Below, piece by piece: positions 54,104 through 64,000 of a DNA stretch of 64,000 nucleotides. The position numbers and the translations under genes were made by a program. The DNA comes from Candidatus Limnocylindrales bacterium (lineage in GTDB: Bacteria; Chloroflexota; Limnocylindria; Limnocylindrales; CSP1-4): contig JBBRXB010000015.1 in NCBI GenBank assembly GCA_038248915.1, positions 3,230-67,229 on the forward strand, in the 5' to 3' direction. Under the pieces are notes generated by a model. It saw only the letters and a program-made list of their open reading frames with translations, was not told where the DNA came from and did not search any database. Position 1 is the first letter of the stretch, and the number at the start of each line of letters is the position of its first letter.

Positions 54104-54487
54104 TTAGCCGGCCGTGTCCGGCGCGTACCGTGTCCATTCGCGGAGGTGGCTCACCTGTCCGTCGGGCGCGACCTCCCCGGTCAGGAAGCCGGCCATGCGC
54201 ACGACCTCGCCACCGGCGCGTCGCAAGAACGTCACATGCCAGGCCGCGAGCAGCGTATCGCCCGATACCCAGTGACGCTCCACCGTGAAGTCGACGTCAC
54301 GTTGCGAAGCCGCAGCGTCCAGCAAGTATGCGCGGAGCGCGTTGTGCCCGACGAGCGGCGGCTTGAACGGGTCCTCGTGGTACTCGGCGTCTTCGGTGAA
54401 GAGGGCCACCCAGGCGTCGCCGTCGAACGTCTGCCAGGCCGTGCCGTACGCCTCGAGCCAGACGCCTGCGGCCGCGTAGTCGATCAT
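54104..54487 (-). CDS. NTF2/SnoaL-like family protein
   Basis: ...W..AW...D.D....LF.EDAEY... pattern. ATGA overlap with murC. Confidence 0.7.
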   Translation of the reverse strand: MIDYAAAGVWLEAYGTAWQTFDGDAWVALFTEDAEYHEDPFKPPLVGHNALRAYLLDAAASQRDVDFTVERHWVSGDTLLAAWHVTFLRRAGGEVVRMAGFLTGEVAPDGQVSHLREWTRYAPDTAG

Positions 54488-56040
54488 CGGAGACCCTCCA
54501 GTCGTTCGAGCAGTCGTTCGCCGATCCGATAGCTGGCGCCACCGCCCATGACCAGCACCACGTCGCCGGGCCGGACCTCGTCGGCCAGCGCGTCGGCGGT
54601 CGCCTCGACGGTGCCCGGCGCCAGGACGGTCATCGTCGGCCGGATGGCCCGGACGGCGGCAGCCAGGTCCCTCGCGGACACGGAGGTCGTGTCGCGGTCT
54701 CGCCCGGCCCAGATGTCGGCGATGGCGACAGCATCCGCGCCAGCGAGCGCCTCGGCGAACGCCCCGAGCATCACCGCCGTTCGATGATAGGTCAGCGGCT
54801 CATAGACGCCCCACACGCGACCGCCAGGCTCGCGCTGTCGGACCGCCGCGAGCGTGGCCGCGATCGCTGTCGGGTGGTGGCCATAGTCGTCATAGACGAC
54901 GACCCCGCCGACTTCGCCCTTGCGTTCCAGCCGCCGGCCGACGCCGCCGAACGTGGCAAGCCCAGCGGCGATCGTGCCCGGATCCACGCCCAACGTGGTC
55001 GCGGCACCGGCGACCGCGAGGGCGTTGGCCGCGTTGTGTCGCCCGGCTGTCGCCAGGCGGACCGCGACGGCGCCGGTCAAGGGGTCCAGGCCATGGACCT
55101 CCAGGGTCGTCCCATCGCGGTCCGCGGCGACGATCCGGCCCAGCATGGCGGTGGCCGGCCCGGCCGCGGTCGCATACCGTTCGGCGATCCCACGCAGGTA
55201 GCCGCGGCGCCCCGGGGACGTGTCGACGAGGGCGTAGGCGACGACCGAGCACGCCCGGTCCCGCAGGCGATCGATGACCGCCTCGACGTCCGGATCGCCG
55301 ATGTTGGCGACGATGGTCGAGCCGTCCGGCATCCGGCGCAGCCACGCTTCGAACGCGGCGCCGACGGCGGCCCGGTCGGCGAAGACGTCGGGGTGGTCCC
55401 ATTCCGCGCTGGTCACGACCGCGACATCCGGCCGGTACGCATCGAAGTTGCCCGCGTATTCGTCCGCCTCGACGACGAAGGCGTGCCCTTCGCCGGTCCG
55501 TGCCGTCGCCGGCGGTCCACCGGTCAGCGCGCTCGGTAGCAGTGCGCCGACGAAGGCCGACGGATCCTCGCCGGCGGCCACGAGGAGATGCACCAGCCAG
55601 CCCGCAGTCGTGCTCTTGCCGTGCGTCCCGGCGATCCCGACCAGCCTGCGGCCGACCGCGGCATCGGCCACGACCTGCTGCCACGGTTCGGCCGGGATCC
55701 CCAGCGATCGGGCCGCGACGAGCTCCAGATGGTCGGGAGCGACCGCGGTCAGGGCCTTGGTCACCGCCAGGCGGTCTGGCCTTGGCAGCCGAGTGACGTG
55801 GCCCGCGGCGTGCTCGTCGGCGATGACGATGCCCAGTGCCTCGAGGGCCGGCGTGTACGGCGAGGATCCACCCGGGTCGCAGCCGGTCACGATCGCACCG
55901 GCCCGTGCCGCGAGGAGGGCAGCTGCGCTCGCGCCCGCGCCGGCGGCGCCCACGACGTGGATGCGCTCGCCCGGCCGGATCGGCCGGGCCGGCCGGGCGG
56001 TGGCGAGGCCGGCGCCGATCCGGTCGGCGGCCGTCGTCAC
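54484..56040 (-). CDS. murC: UDP-N-acetylmuramate--L-alanine ligase (Mur ligase family; Mpl not excluded)
   Basis: GIAGTHGKSTT P-loop, EADEY, DDYGHHP. GTG 56040 overlaps the cinA stop (GTGA). Confidence 0.75.
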   Translation of the reverse strand: MTTAADRIGAGLATARPARPIRPGERIHVVGAAGAGASAAALLAARAGAIVTGCDPGGSSPYTPALEALGIVIADEHAAGHVTRLPRPDRLAVTKALTAVAPDHLELVAARSLGIPAEPWQQVVADAAVGRRLVGIAGTHGKSTTAGWLVHLLVAAGEDPSAFVGALLPSALTGGPPATARTGEGHAFVVEADEYAGNFDAYRPDVAVVTSAEWDHPDVFADRAAVGAAFEAWLRRMPDGSTIVANIGDPDVEAVIDRLRDRACSVVAYALVDTSPGRRGYLRGIAERYATAAGPATAMLGRIVAADRDGTTLEVHGLDPLTGAVAVRLATAGRHNAANALAVAGAATTLGVDPGTIAAGLATFGGVGRRLERKGEVGGVVVYDDYGHHPTAIAATLAAVRQREPGGRVWGVYEPLTYHRTAVMLGAFAEALAGADAVAIADIWAGRDRDTTSVSARDLAAAVRAIRPTMTVLAPGTVEATADALADEVRPGDVVLVMGGGASYRIGERLLERLEGLR

Positions 56041-56582
56041 GCTTGGTCCGGCGCCGGCGCGGGGGCCGCCACGGTCGACGGGTCCACGGCCTCGACCCGT
56101 TCGATCAGCAGCTCCAGGGCGGCCGCAGCGCTCCGTCGTTTGTTGTCGGTCCGATCGCCACTCCACACGAAGCGCCGGACCGCGACGCCGACCGGGTCGG
56201 CCACAGCCACGTAGGTCAGCCCGACCGGCTTCGCCGGCGTTCCCCCATCGGGCCCGGCGATCCCGGTCACCGACACGGCCAGATCCGCCCCGGTCCGCTC
56301 CCGCCCGCCACTGGCCATCGCCATGGCCACCTGGGCGGACACGGCGCCGTGGGCCGCCAGCACGTCGTGCGGGACCCCGACCGAGGCTCGCTTGAGCTCG
56401 TCCGAGTAGGTCACGAGGCCGCCAATGTAGTAGGCGCTGGAGCCGGGCACTTCGGTGATGAGGTGACCGACCAGCCCGCCGGTGCATGATTCGACGGTCG
56501 CGACATGCAGCCCGCGCGCCATACAGCTCGCCCCGAGTCGGGTGGCGAGCGCCCCGAGGTCGGTCAGCGAGTCGTCCGCCAC
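56037..56582 (-). CDS. CinA-family protein (C-terminal PncC-type nicotinamide-nucleotide amidase domain)
   Basis: ...ATVESCTGGL......VPGSS.YY.GG.VTYS...K...LGV pattern. Confidence 0.85.
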   Translation of the reverse strand: MADDSLTDLGALATRLGASCMARGLHVATVESCTGGLVGHLITEVPGSSAYYIGGLVTYSDELKRASVGVPHDVLAAHGAVSAQVAMAMASGGRERTGADLAVSVTGIAGPDGGTPAKPVGLTYVAVADPVGVAVRRFVWSGDRTDNKRRSAAAALELLIERVEAVDPSTVAAPAPAPDQA

Positions 56583-56583
56583 C

Positions 56584-57939
56584 TTACCGCCGCTGGGTCG
56601 TTTCGGGCGCTTTGGGCGGGGCGAACAGCCAGGTCTCGGGCACGCCGGACTTCCCGAGTGCCCCGAGCGACGTGCCGTTGAGCGTGAAGTAGGTGACGCC
56701 CGAGGATCCGGTCCGTACCTCGATCGACTGTTTGCCCGTGAACGTCAGCGTCTTGCCGCTCGAGATGACCTGGCCCGCGGCACCGACCCGCGGGTCGATC
56801 TTGCCATCGACCCAGACCATGATCCAGGCTCGCCCGCCCTTGGCTGTCACGACGAGGGTCACGCCCTTGTAGGCAACGGTGACATGGCGCGTCAGGGCGG
56901 CCGTCTTGCCTTCCGAGCTGGACGCGGTGACCGTGATCGTCCACCGCCCGGCGGTCAGCTCATATGGTGTGCGGTACGTCCCGTCGTCGCCGACTGGCAC
57001 GGTCATCGGAGCGGGCCCGGGGGCTGAAGCGGGGCCGCTGCCGGGTGGGCCGGACGGGCCGACGTACGCGGCACTGACGACCACCGAGCTGGCATTCGTC
57101 GCCCGGCCGGCGACCGGGATGGCGCCATTCTGGAAGGAGGCGCCTTCGGACGGCTGGTCGACCGTCAGGGTCGGGGCCTCGATCACGAGGAATGGCACGG
57201 TGATGAACAGGTGCAGCGTCTCCTCCGACTTCTTGCCGGTATCGGGGTCGAGCGCACTGACGTCGAACTGGTTGCGCCCGCGCCGGAGGTCGACCTGGCT
57301 GGCCCACTGGCCGTCGGAGGTCGCCGTGACCTGGTATGGGTCACGACCCGGCGTCGCGATCGAGACGGTCGCGCCAGGCAGGGTGGTGCCTTCGAGCGTG
57401 TATCGGGTCGCCGACTCGTCGACATCGATGACCGCGGTCGCCGGCTGGCTGACCGCGATCGTCGGCGGCTTGGCAAAGCGCAGGACCTGGACGCCCAGAT
57501 AGACCCCGAACGCCAGGATGACCACGGTCAGGAGGGCGACCACGATGAGGCTGGGCGAGAACGTCAGGCCCTGGCGCGGGGCGGCGATCGGCTTCGGGAC
57601 GACGATCGCCGGCGGCTGCTCCTTGCCGTCGCCGCGCTCGCGCCGCCACTGGACGAGGACCTCATCCGGGTCCAGCCCGAGATACAGCGCGTAGTTGCGC
57701 AGGAAGCCCTTGGTGTAGACCGCGCCGGGCAGTTCCTTGTAGTCGCCGCGCTCGAGGGCGCCCAGATAGCGCGCCCGGATCTTGGTGTCGCGCTCCGCGC
57801 GGTACAGATCGACGCCCTTGCGTTCTCGCGCCGCGTACAGCCGCTCCGGCAGGCTGGGCGCGGGCTCGGCCGTCACGCCGCGGCCGGCGTCGGATCGGTC
57901 GACTCCCACCGCCCGCTTGAGTTGCTGCCGTGTCGTCAT
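56584..57939 (-). CDS. RodZ-like protein (HTH + TM + extended extracytoplasmic region + DUF4115-like C-terminus)
   Basis: ...ERDTKIRARYLGALERGDYKELPGAVYTKGFLRNYALYLGLD. TM helix IVVALLTVVILAFGVYLGV. Confidence 0.8.
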   Translation of the reverse strand: MTTRQQLKRAVGVDRSDAGRGVTAEPAPSLPERLYAARERKGVDLYRAERDTKIRARYLGALERGDYKELPGAVYTKGFLRNYALYLGLDPDEVLVQWRRERGDGKEQPPAIVVPKPIAAPRQGLTFSPSLIVVALLTVVILAFGVYLGVQVLRFAKPPTIAVSQPATAVIDVDESATRYTLEGTTLPGATVSIATPGRDPYQVTATSDGQWASQVDLRRGRNQFDVSALDPDTGKKSEETLHLFITVPFLVIEAPTLTVDQPSEGASFQNGAIPVAGRATNASSVVVSAAYVGPSGPPGSGPASAPGPAPMTVPVGDDGTYRTPYELTAGRWTITVTASSSEGKTAALTRHVTVAYKGVTLVVTAKGGRAWIMVWVDGKIDPRVGAAGQVISSGKTLTFTGKQSIEVRTGSSGVTYFTLNGTSLGALGKSGVPETWLFAPPKAPETTQRR

Positions 57940-60286
57940 CCGTCGCCCCCGTCGAGGCCGTCGTCCGGCGGCACACCCGACGCCATCGTGTCTTCACGGC
58001 GGAGCACCGGCCGGGCATTCGAGCCGTCGAACGCTCCGATGTACCCCCGCGCCTCGAGCTGATCGATCATCCGGGCCGCCCGCGCGTACCCGACCTTGAG
58101 GCGTCGCTGGAGGAGCGACGCTGAGGCCGATCGTACTCCCGAATCACCTCGATGGCATCAGGCAACAGACGATCCGCGTCCTCGTCGGCAAGGTCGTCGA
58201 CCGAGCCCGTGCCCTCCTCGCCGGTGTCGATGATGGCCATGTCGTAGTGCGGGTCCTCGATCTGGGCGTTCCAGTGGTCGACCACCCGCTTGATCTCCGG
58301 GTCCGACACGAAGACGCCCTGGAGGCGCATCGGACGAGGCAGGTCCGACGGCTGATAGAGCATGTCGCCGCGACCGATGAGATCCTCAGCGCCCGGCGTG
58401 TCCAGGATCGTCCGCGAGTCGATCTGGGACGCCATGGCGAACGCGATCCGGCTCGGGAAGTTGGCCTTGATCAGCCCGGTCACGACGTTGACCGACGGAC
58501 GCTGCGTGGCGAGGACCATGTGGATGCCGGTCGCGCGCGCCTTCTGGGCCAGCCGCACGATCGGATCCTCGACGTTCTTGCCCTCGCGCATCATCAGGTC
58601 GGCCAGCTCGTCGATGATGATCACGATGTAGGGCATCCGGTCGTCCGGGTCGACCCGGGTCTCGTTGAAGGCGCGGATGTTGCGGGCGGTCGCGCCGGCC
58701 AGCCGCCGGTAGCGGGCCTCCATCTCGTTGACCGCCCATTTGAGCGCGGCCTTGGCCCGCTCGGGCTCGGTGATGACCGGCACGAGCAGGTGCGGCAGCC
58801 CGTTGTAGGCCGCCAGCTCGACCCGCTTGAGGTCCATCAGGATCATCCGGACGTCGTCCGGGGTGGCCTCGCACAGCAGGCTGGTGATGAGCGCGTTGAC
58901 CATGACGCTCTTGCCCGAGCCGGTCGCACCAGCGATGAGCAGGTGGGGCATCTTGGCCAGGTCGACCGCCTGGGCCTTGCCCGCCACGTCGCGCCCGAGG
59001 GCGAAGGTCAGGGTCGAGCCCGACGCCTTGAAGTCGACCTCTTCGAGGATCCGCCGCAGGGCGACGATGTTGAAGTCCTTGTTGGGGATCTCGATGCCGA
59101 CCGCGCTCTTGCCCGGGATGGGCGCCTCGATCCGGAGCGAGCGCGCGGCCAGGGCCATGGCCAGGTCGTCGGACAGGGCCTCGATCCGGCTGACCTTGAT
59201 GTCCGGCGCCGGCTGGACCTCGTACTGGGTCACGACCGGCCCGGCGTTGCGCTTGTCGATCTTGGCCGGGATGCCGAAGCCGGCCAGCTTCTTGATGATG
59301 ATCTCCTCGTTCCGCCGGTGGGCCGCCTCGTCGCCGCCGGCGTGGAGCGGGATGGCCACATCTTCGAGCGTGGTCAGCGGCGGCAGGATGTACTCGATCC
59401 GGTCCTTGGTGGGCGGCGAATCGGTGCCATCGGTGACGTCGAACGGGTCGCGCGCCGGGCGGACCGGGGCGACCAAGGTGGCCGACGCCGCTCCACCGGC
59501 GCGCGCCGGGGCGAATGTCGCAGAGTTCGGCGCGGCACTCGGGACGGCAGCCGGGATGACGTTCGCCTCGTCCTCGCCCCAGGCGCCGGTCTGGCCGGGC
59601 GATGGCGCCGCCGGGATGGCCTTGCCGTTCGATCGGGCAGCGCGGCCCACTGCGGCCGGTTCGGCGGCGGCTTTGGCAGCATCGGCTGCCTCCTCCGCGG
59701 GGGTCCGTCGCATCGACGCCGCAGCGGTCGTGCCAGCCCACCTGGCCGTCCCGACCACCGGATGGAACAGCTGGCGCAGCGGGATCCCGAAGCCGATGAC
59801 GACGCCGAGGATGGCCAGGCCGACGAGCAGCACGAAGGCGCCGGGCGGTGAGACGAGATCGCTGAGCGTGTCCGCGAGCCCTCGACCGACCCGACCACCC
59901 CACAGACCGCCGCCGAGCACCTGGATGGCACCAACGAGCCCGACATACGTGATCCCGAGTCCGAGCAGCGTGATCCCCCAGCCCGATCCCGGCCGCCGGC
60001 CGGGACCCCATTCGAGCCACCAGCCGGCGATGAGCAGGAAGAACGGCAGCAGCCAGCGCGCCGTCCCGAACCACGGCGCGAACACGCCAGTCCACCAGCT
60101 CGTCAGCGCACCGCGACCCTGCGGCATCAGCGCGATGAGCGTCATCGCCCCCAGGACCAGGAGCGCCAGTCCGATGATCGAACGGACGACGTCGGGCGTG
60201 AGCCGGGAGCTCCACGACGGGCCCGGCTTGGCCCGGGAGGCGCGGGGCGGAGCCTTCCTGGCCGTCGCTCGGCGGCGGGTCGCCAC
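57936..60286 (-). CDS. ftsK: DNA translocase FtsK/SpoIIIE. The gamma (winged-helix) domain is out of frame after about 58125-58130.
   Basis: N-terminal TM helices, Walker A GATGSGKS, motor domain. The annotated ORF stops at 58067. In the -1 frame, SASLLQRRLKVGYARAARMIDQLEARGYIG... continues to TGA 57936-57938, which overlaps the rodZ-like ATG (ATGA). Confidence 0.85.
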
Positions 60287-60287
60287 G

Positions 60288-61961
60288 TCAGACCTCGACG
60301 ACGACCGGGAAGACCATCGGCCGGCGCTTGGTCTGCTCGTACAGGAACCGCGAGACGCCGTCCTTGATCTGGGTCTTGAGCAGTCCGATCTCGCTGATAT
60401 GGTCGCCCGGCGTATGGATCGACTCGATCACCCGCTCGAGGGCTTCCTTCATGATCGGGTCCTGCTCGTTGAGGTGGACGAACCCTCGGGTGATGATCTC
60501 CGGACGCCCGACGACCGAGCCGGTCTGCTTGTCCACGGTCACGACGATCATGAACATCCCGTCGTTGGCCAGGGCCCGGCGATCGCGCAGCACGATGTCG
60601 CCGACGTCGCCGACCGACAGCCCGTCGACGTAGACGTAACCGGCCGGGACTGGGTTGGCGCGCCGGGCGCTGCCATCGGCGTAGAACTCGATCGGCGTCC
60701 CATTCTCGATGATGAACACGTTCTCCGGCGACACGCCGGTCTCGATCGCCAGCTTGCCGTGCTGGACCTGCATCCGGAACTCGCCGTGCATCGGGATGAA
60801 GTGCCTGGGCTTGGTCAGCCCGAGCATCAGCTTGAGCTCCTCCTGGCTGGCGTGGCCGGAAACATGGGCGCGCTTGATGGTGTGGTAATAGACGTTGGCG
60901 CCGGCCTTGAACAGGTTGTCGATCGTGCGCGAGACCGATTCTTCGTTACCCGGGATCGGGCTGGCGCTGACGATGACCGTGTCGCCCGGCTGGATCTCGA
61001 CGAAGCGGTGGTCGCGGTTGGCCATCCGCGCCAGACCGGCCATCGGCTCGCCCTGGGCGCCGGTCGTGGCGATGACCAGGCGCGGATCCGGGTGGTCCTT
61101 GATCTTGTCCTTCGGGACGATATGGGCGGGGTCGTATTTGAGATAGCCGAGCTCGGTGGCGATCTTGAAGTTCTGTTCCATGGAGCGCCCGATGACCGAC
61201 ACGCTCCGGTGCATGTCCGCGGACGCGTCGAGCACCTGCTGGACGCGCGCGATGTTGCTCGCGAAGGTGGCCACGATGACCCGGCCCTCGAGCGGCTCCA
61301 TGATCTCGCGGAAGGCCTCGCCGACCGTCCGCTCGGACGGGGTGTAGCCCGGGTTCTCGGCCCGCGTCGAGTCGGACAGCAGGCACAGCACGCCCTCCTG
61401 CCCGAGCCGGGCGAGGATGGCGAAGTCGGACAGCTTGCCGTCGACCGGGGTGTGGTCGAACTTGAAGTCGCCGGTATGGACGATCGTGCCGATCGGCGTG
61501 CGCAGCGCGATGCCCATCGCGTCGGGGATCGAGTGACCGACCCGGAAGGGCATGACGCGGAACGCCCCGATATCGATCTCGTCGCCCGGTTCGAGGGCGA
61601 TGAGCGGGTTGTTGTGGAGCTTGTGTTCCTTGATCTTGTTGCCGAGTAGGCCGCGCGCCAGGGTGCTGGCGTAGACCGGCACACCGGGGAACTCCGGGAG
61701 CACGTACGGCAAGGCACCGACGTGGTCCTCGTGGGCATGGGTGATGAGGAACGCCTTGACGTTGGCGCGGCGCTCTTTGAGGTAGGTGATGTCGGGGATG
61801 ACGAGGTCGATCCCGAACATCTCCTCATCGGGGAACATGAGGCCGCAGTCGATGACGACGATCTCGTCGCGGTACTCGAAGACGTACATGTTCTTGCCGA
61901 TCTCGCCCACCCCGCCGAGCGGGATGATGCGGAGCGGGTGATCGTTGGTGGTTGGTGGCAT
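60288..61961 (-). CDS. rnj: Ribonuclease J
   Basis: LRIIPLGGVGEIGKNM..., HAHEDHVGALPY, ...GDFKFD..., ...HVSGHASQEEL. Confidence 0.9.
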   Translation of the reverse strand: MPPTTNDHPLRIIPLGGVGEIGKNMYVFEYRDEIVVIDCGLMFPDEEMFGIDLVIPDITYLKERRANVKAFLITHAHEDHVGALPYVLPEFPGVPVYASTLARGLLGNKIKEHKLHNNPLIALEPGDEIDIGAFRVMPFRVGHSIPDAMGIALRTPIGTIVHTGDFKFDHTPVDGKLSDFAILARLGQEGVLCLLSDSTRAENPGYTPSERTVGEAFREIMEPLEGRVIVATFASNIARVQQVLDASADMHRSVSVIGRSMEQNFKIATELGYLKYDPAHIVPKDKIKDHPDPRLVIATTGAQGEPMAGLARMANRDHRFVEIQPGDTVIVSASPIPGNEESVSRTIDNLFKAGANVYYHTIKRAHVSGHASQEELKLMLGLTKPRHFIPMHGEFRMQVQHGKLAIETGVSPENVFIIENGTPIEFYADGSARRANPVPAGYVYVDGLSVGDVGDIVLRDRRALANDGMFMIVVTVDKQTGSVVGRPEIITRGFVHLNEQDPIMKEALERVIESIHTPGDHISEIGLLKTQIKDGVSRFLYEQTKRRPMVFPVVVEV

Positions 61962-61978
61962 GGGTGTCCTTGGTGGGT

Positions 61979-62742
61979 CTAGAAGAGGGTCAATCGGGGG
62001 GTGGCCTCGTCCTGTCCGAGCGGAGACGAGTCGATCATGTCGATCATGTCGGTCGTGTCGATATCGGCGGCCAGCTCGGGCGCCGCGGTCTCCGTCGGTC
62101 CCTGGACCGACGCCGGTCTGGATGTCGCCTGGGCGGTGCTGGCCGGCGCCGCGCGTCGCCGGCGCGCCTCGATGAGCGTGCCCGGGACCGAGGCGATGTC
62201 GGCGTAGCTGTCGCGCTCGATGGCTGGCGTGCGAAGCGCCGCGGCCGGATGGTACATCGCGAACGCGAGCGCGGACCCGGCGCCAGTCGCCGGATCGAGC
62301 GGCCGGACCGTGCCGTGAGCTTGCGAGATGCGCGCGCCGGGCATGAACGCCGCCATCGAGAAGCGCCCGAGCGTCACGACGACCGCCGGGTCCAGGATCT
62401 CGAGCTGGCGGCGCAGGTACGGCGCGCAAGCAGCGATCTCGTCCGGCTGCGGATCACGGTTGTCCGGTGGCCGGCACTTCACGACGTTGGTGATGAACAC
62501 ATCCTCGCGTCGCCAGCCGATCGACGCCAGGAGCTTGACCAGAAGGTCGCCCGCGCGGCCGATGAACGGTCGCCCGCCACGATCTTCGTTGAAGCCCGGG
62601 CCCTCGCCGACGAATACGACCTCGGTCTCCGGGTCGCCCTCGCCCGGGACCGCGCGGGTCCGCGTCTCGTGCAGACGGCACTTCGTGCAGACCCTGACCT
62701 CGGCGGCGATCCCCTCGAGCGCCGTCTGGCGCCCGACGTCGG

Positions 62743-62746
<4 letters not shown>
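61979..62746 (-). CDS. Uracil-DNA glycosylase, family 4, with about 60 aa acidic C-terminal tail
   Basis: C.KC.L...R...V.GEGD......FVGEGPG..ED..G.PF.G.AG, ...ITN.VKCRPP.NR.P. GTG overlaps the asd stop. Confidence 0.85.
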
Positions 62747-63831
<1,085 letters not shown>

Positions 63832-63937
63832 GAGGGACACCGCTCCGCTTGCTCTGTCGCAGGGACGGGCACGGCCGGAGTATAGCAGCGGGCCCTCGCC
63901 GGGCTGGCCGCGGGAGGCCCGCGGCGACGGCAAAGCG

Positions 63938-63965
63938 ACGAGCCGCCGGTCGCCCGGCGGCTCGT
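63938..63965 (-). terminator. Hairpin (12-bp perfect stem ACGAGCCGCCGG/CCGGCGGCTCGT, 4-nt loop), followed on the minus strand by CGCUUUG
   Basis: Read directly. Lies just downstream of a possible minus-strand gene end (TGA 63976-63978) at the window edge, and upstream of asd. Confidence 0.4.
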
Positions 63966-64000
63966 TCGTGGAGCGTCAGGACCGACCGGTCGTCAGACCG

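Noticed and set aside
54484-56487. 667-aa version of the Mur ligase
   Set aside because: The first about 149 codons overlap cinA in another frame and are Arg/Gly-rich. GTG 56040, coupled to the cinA stop, gives a normal Mur ligase N-terminus.
58060-58140. Programmed -1 ribosomal frameshift in ftsK
   Set aside because: A -1 shift after CCU would join the frames, but there is no X XXY YYZ slippery heptamer and no obvious downstream pseudoknot. A 1-nt deletion or an assembly indel is the simpler explanation.
58827-61649. 940-aa plus-strand ORF (and 58247..59851, 58386..60215)
   Set aside because: It is antisense or out of frame to ftsK and rnj, which carry unmistakable motifs. The composition is low-complexity.
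63976-64000. 3' end of an aspartokinase gene upstream of asd
   Set aside because: Only about 8 codons (...GLTTGRS*) are visible. The similarity to the ...GTGR* ends of LysC is suggestive given lysC-asd synteny, but it is far too short to call.

Overview
This is a very GC-rich bacterial chromosomal segment (judged by eye, not computed). The gene content fits a high-GC lineage such as Actinomycetota or Chloroflexota: LLM, DDN and PPOX-type (often F420-linked) enzymes, a SARP regulator, and exoproteins with Pro/Thr linkers. I support about 60 protein genes.

The right part (51.3-63.9 kb, all on the minus strand) is core housekeeping: asd, family-4 UDG, RNase J, FtsK, a RodZ-like protein, CinA, MurC, YajQ and a TPP enzyme.

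The left and middle parts look accessory:
- a CUT1-type ABC sugar-uptake operon with a fused permease, joined to LLM, DapA-like and PPOX-like genes
- an ArsR-SRPBCC-hydrolase operon
- a DUF4242-CHRD pair
- a GH13 enzyme
- a DDN + P450 pair
- a SARP/NB-ARC/TPR regulator
- a GT1 glycosyltransferase
- a DRG-like GTPase
- a GH25 muramidase
- a rhodanese, a pirin, and others

I recognised no rRNA, tRNA, CRISPR array, transposase, integrase or phage gene.

I did not find a convincing complete new multi-gene system. The observations most worth follow-up are:
- An unusual density of gene remnants and frameshifted genes (at least 10). This includes the ftsK gamma domain, which sits out of frame yet is still translationally coupled to the next gene.
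- A structured leader, closed by a helix that sequesters the Shine-Dalgarno sequence, upstream of the GH25 cell-wall hydrolase (possibly a ydaO/c-di-AMP-like riboswitch).
- A textbook SARP box: three heptamers spaced exactly 11 bp apart.
- A protein with an unusual Cys-rich zinc-ribbon, TM helix and PASTA architecture.
- An in-frame junction between a foreign TM helix and a DDN reductase.

All family assignments come from motif recognition by eye and need database confirmation.
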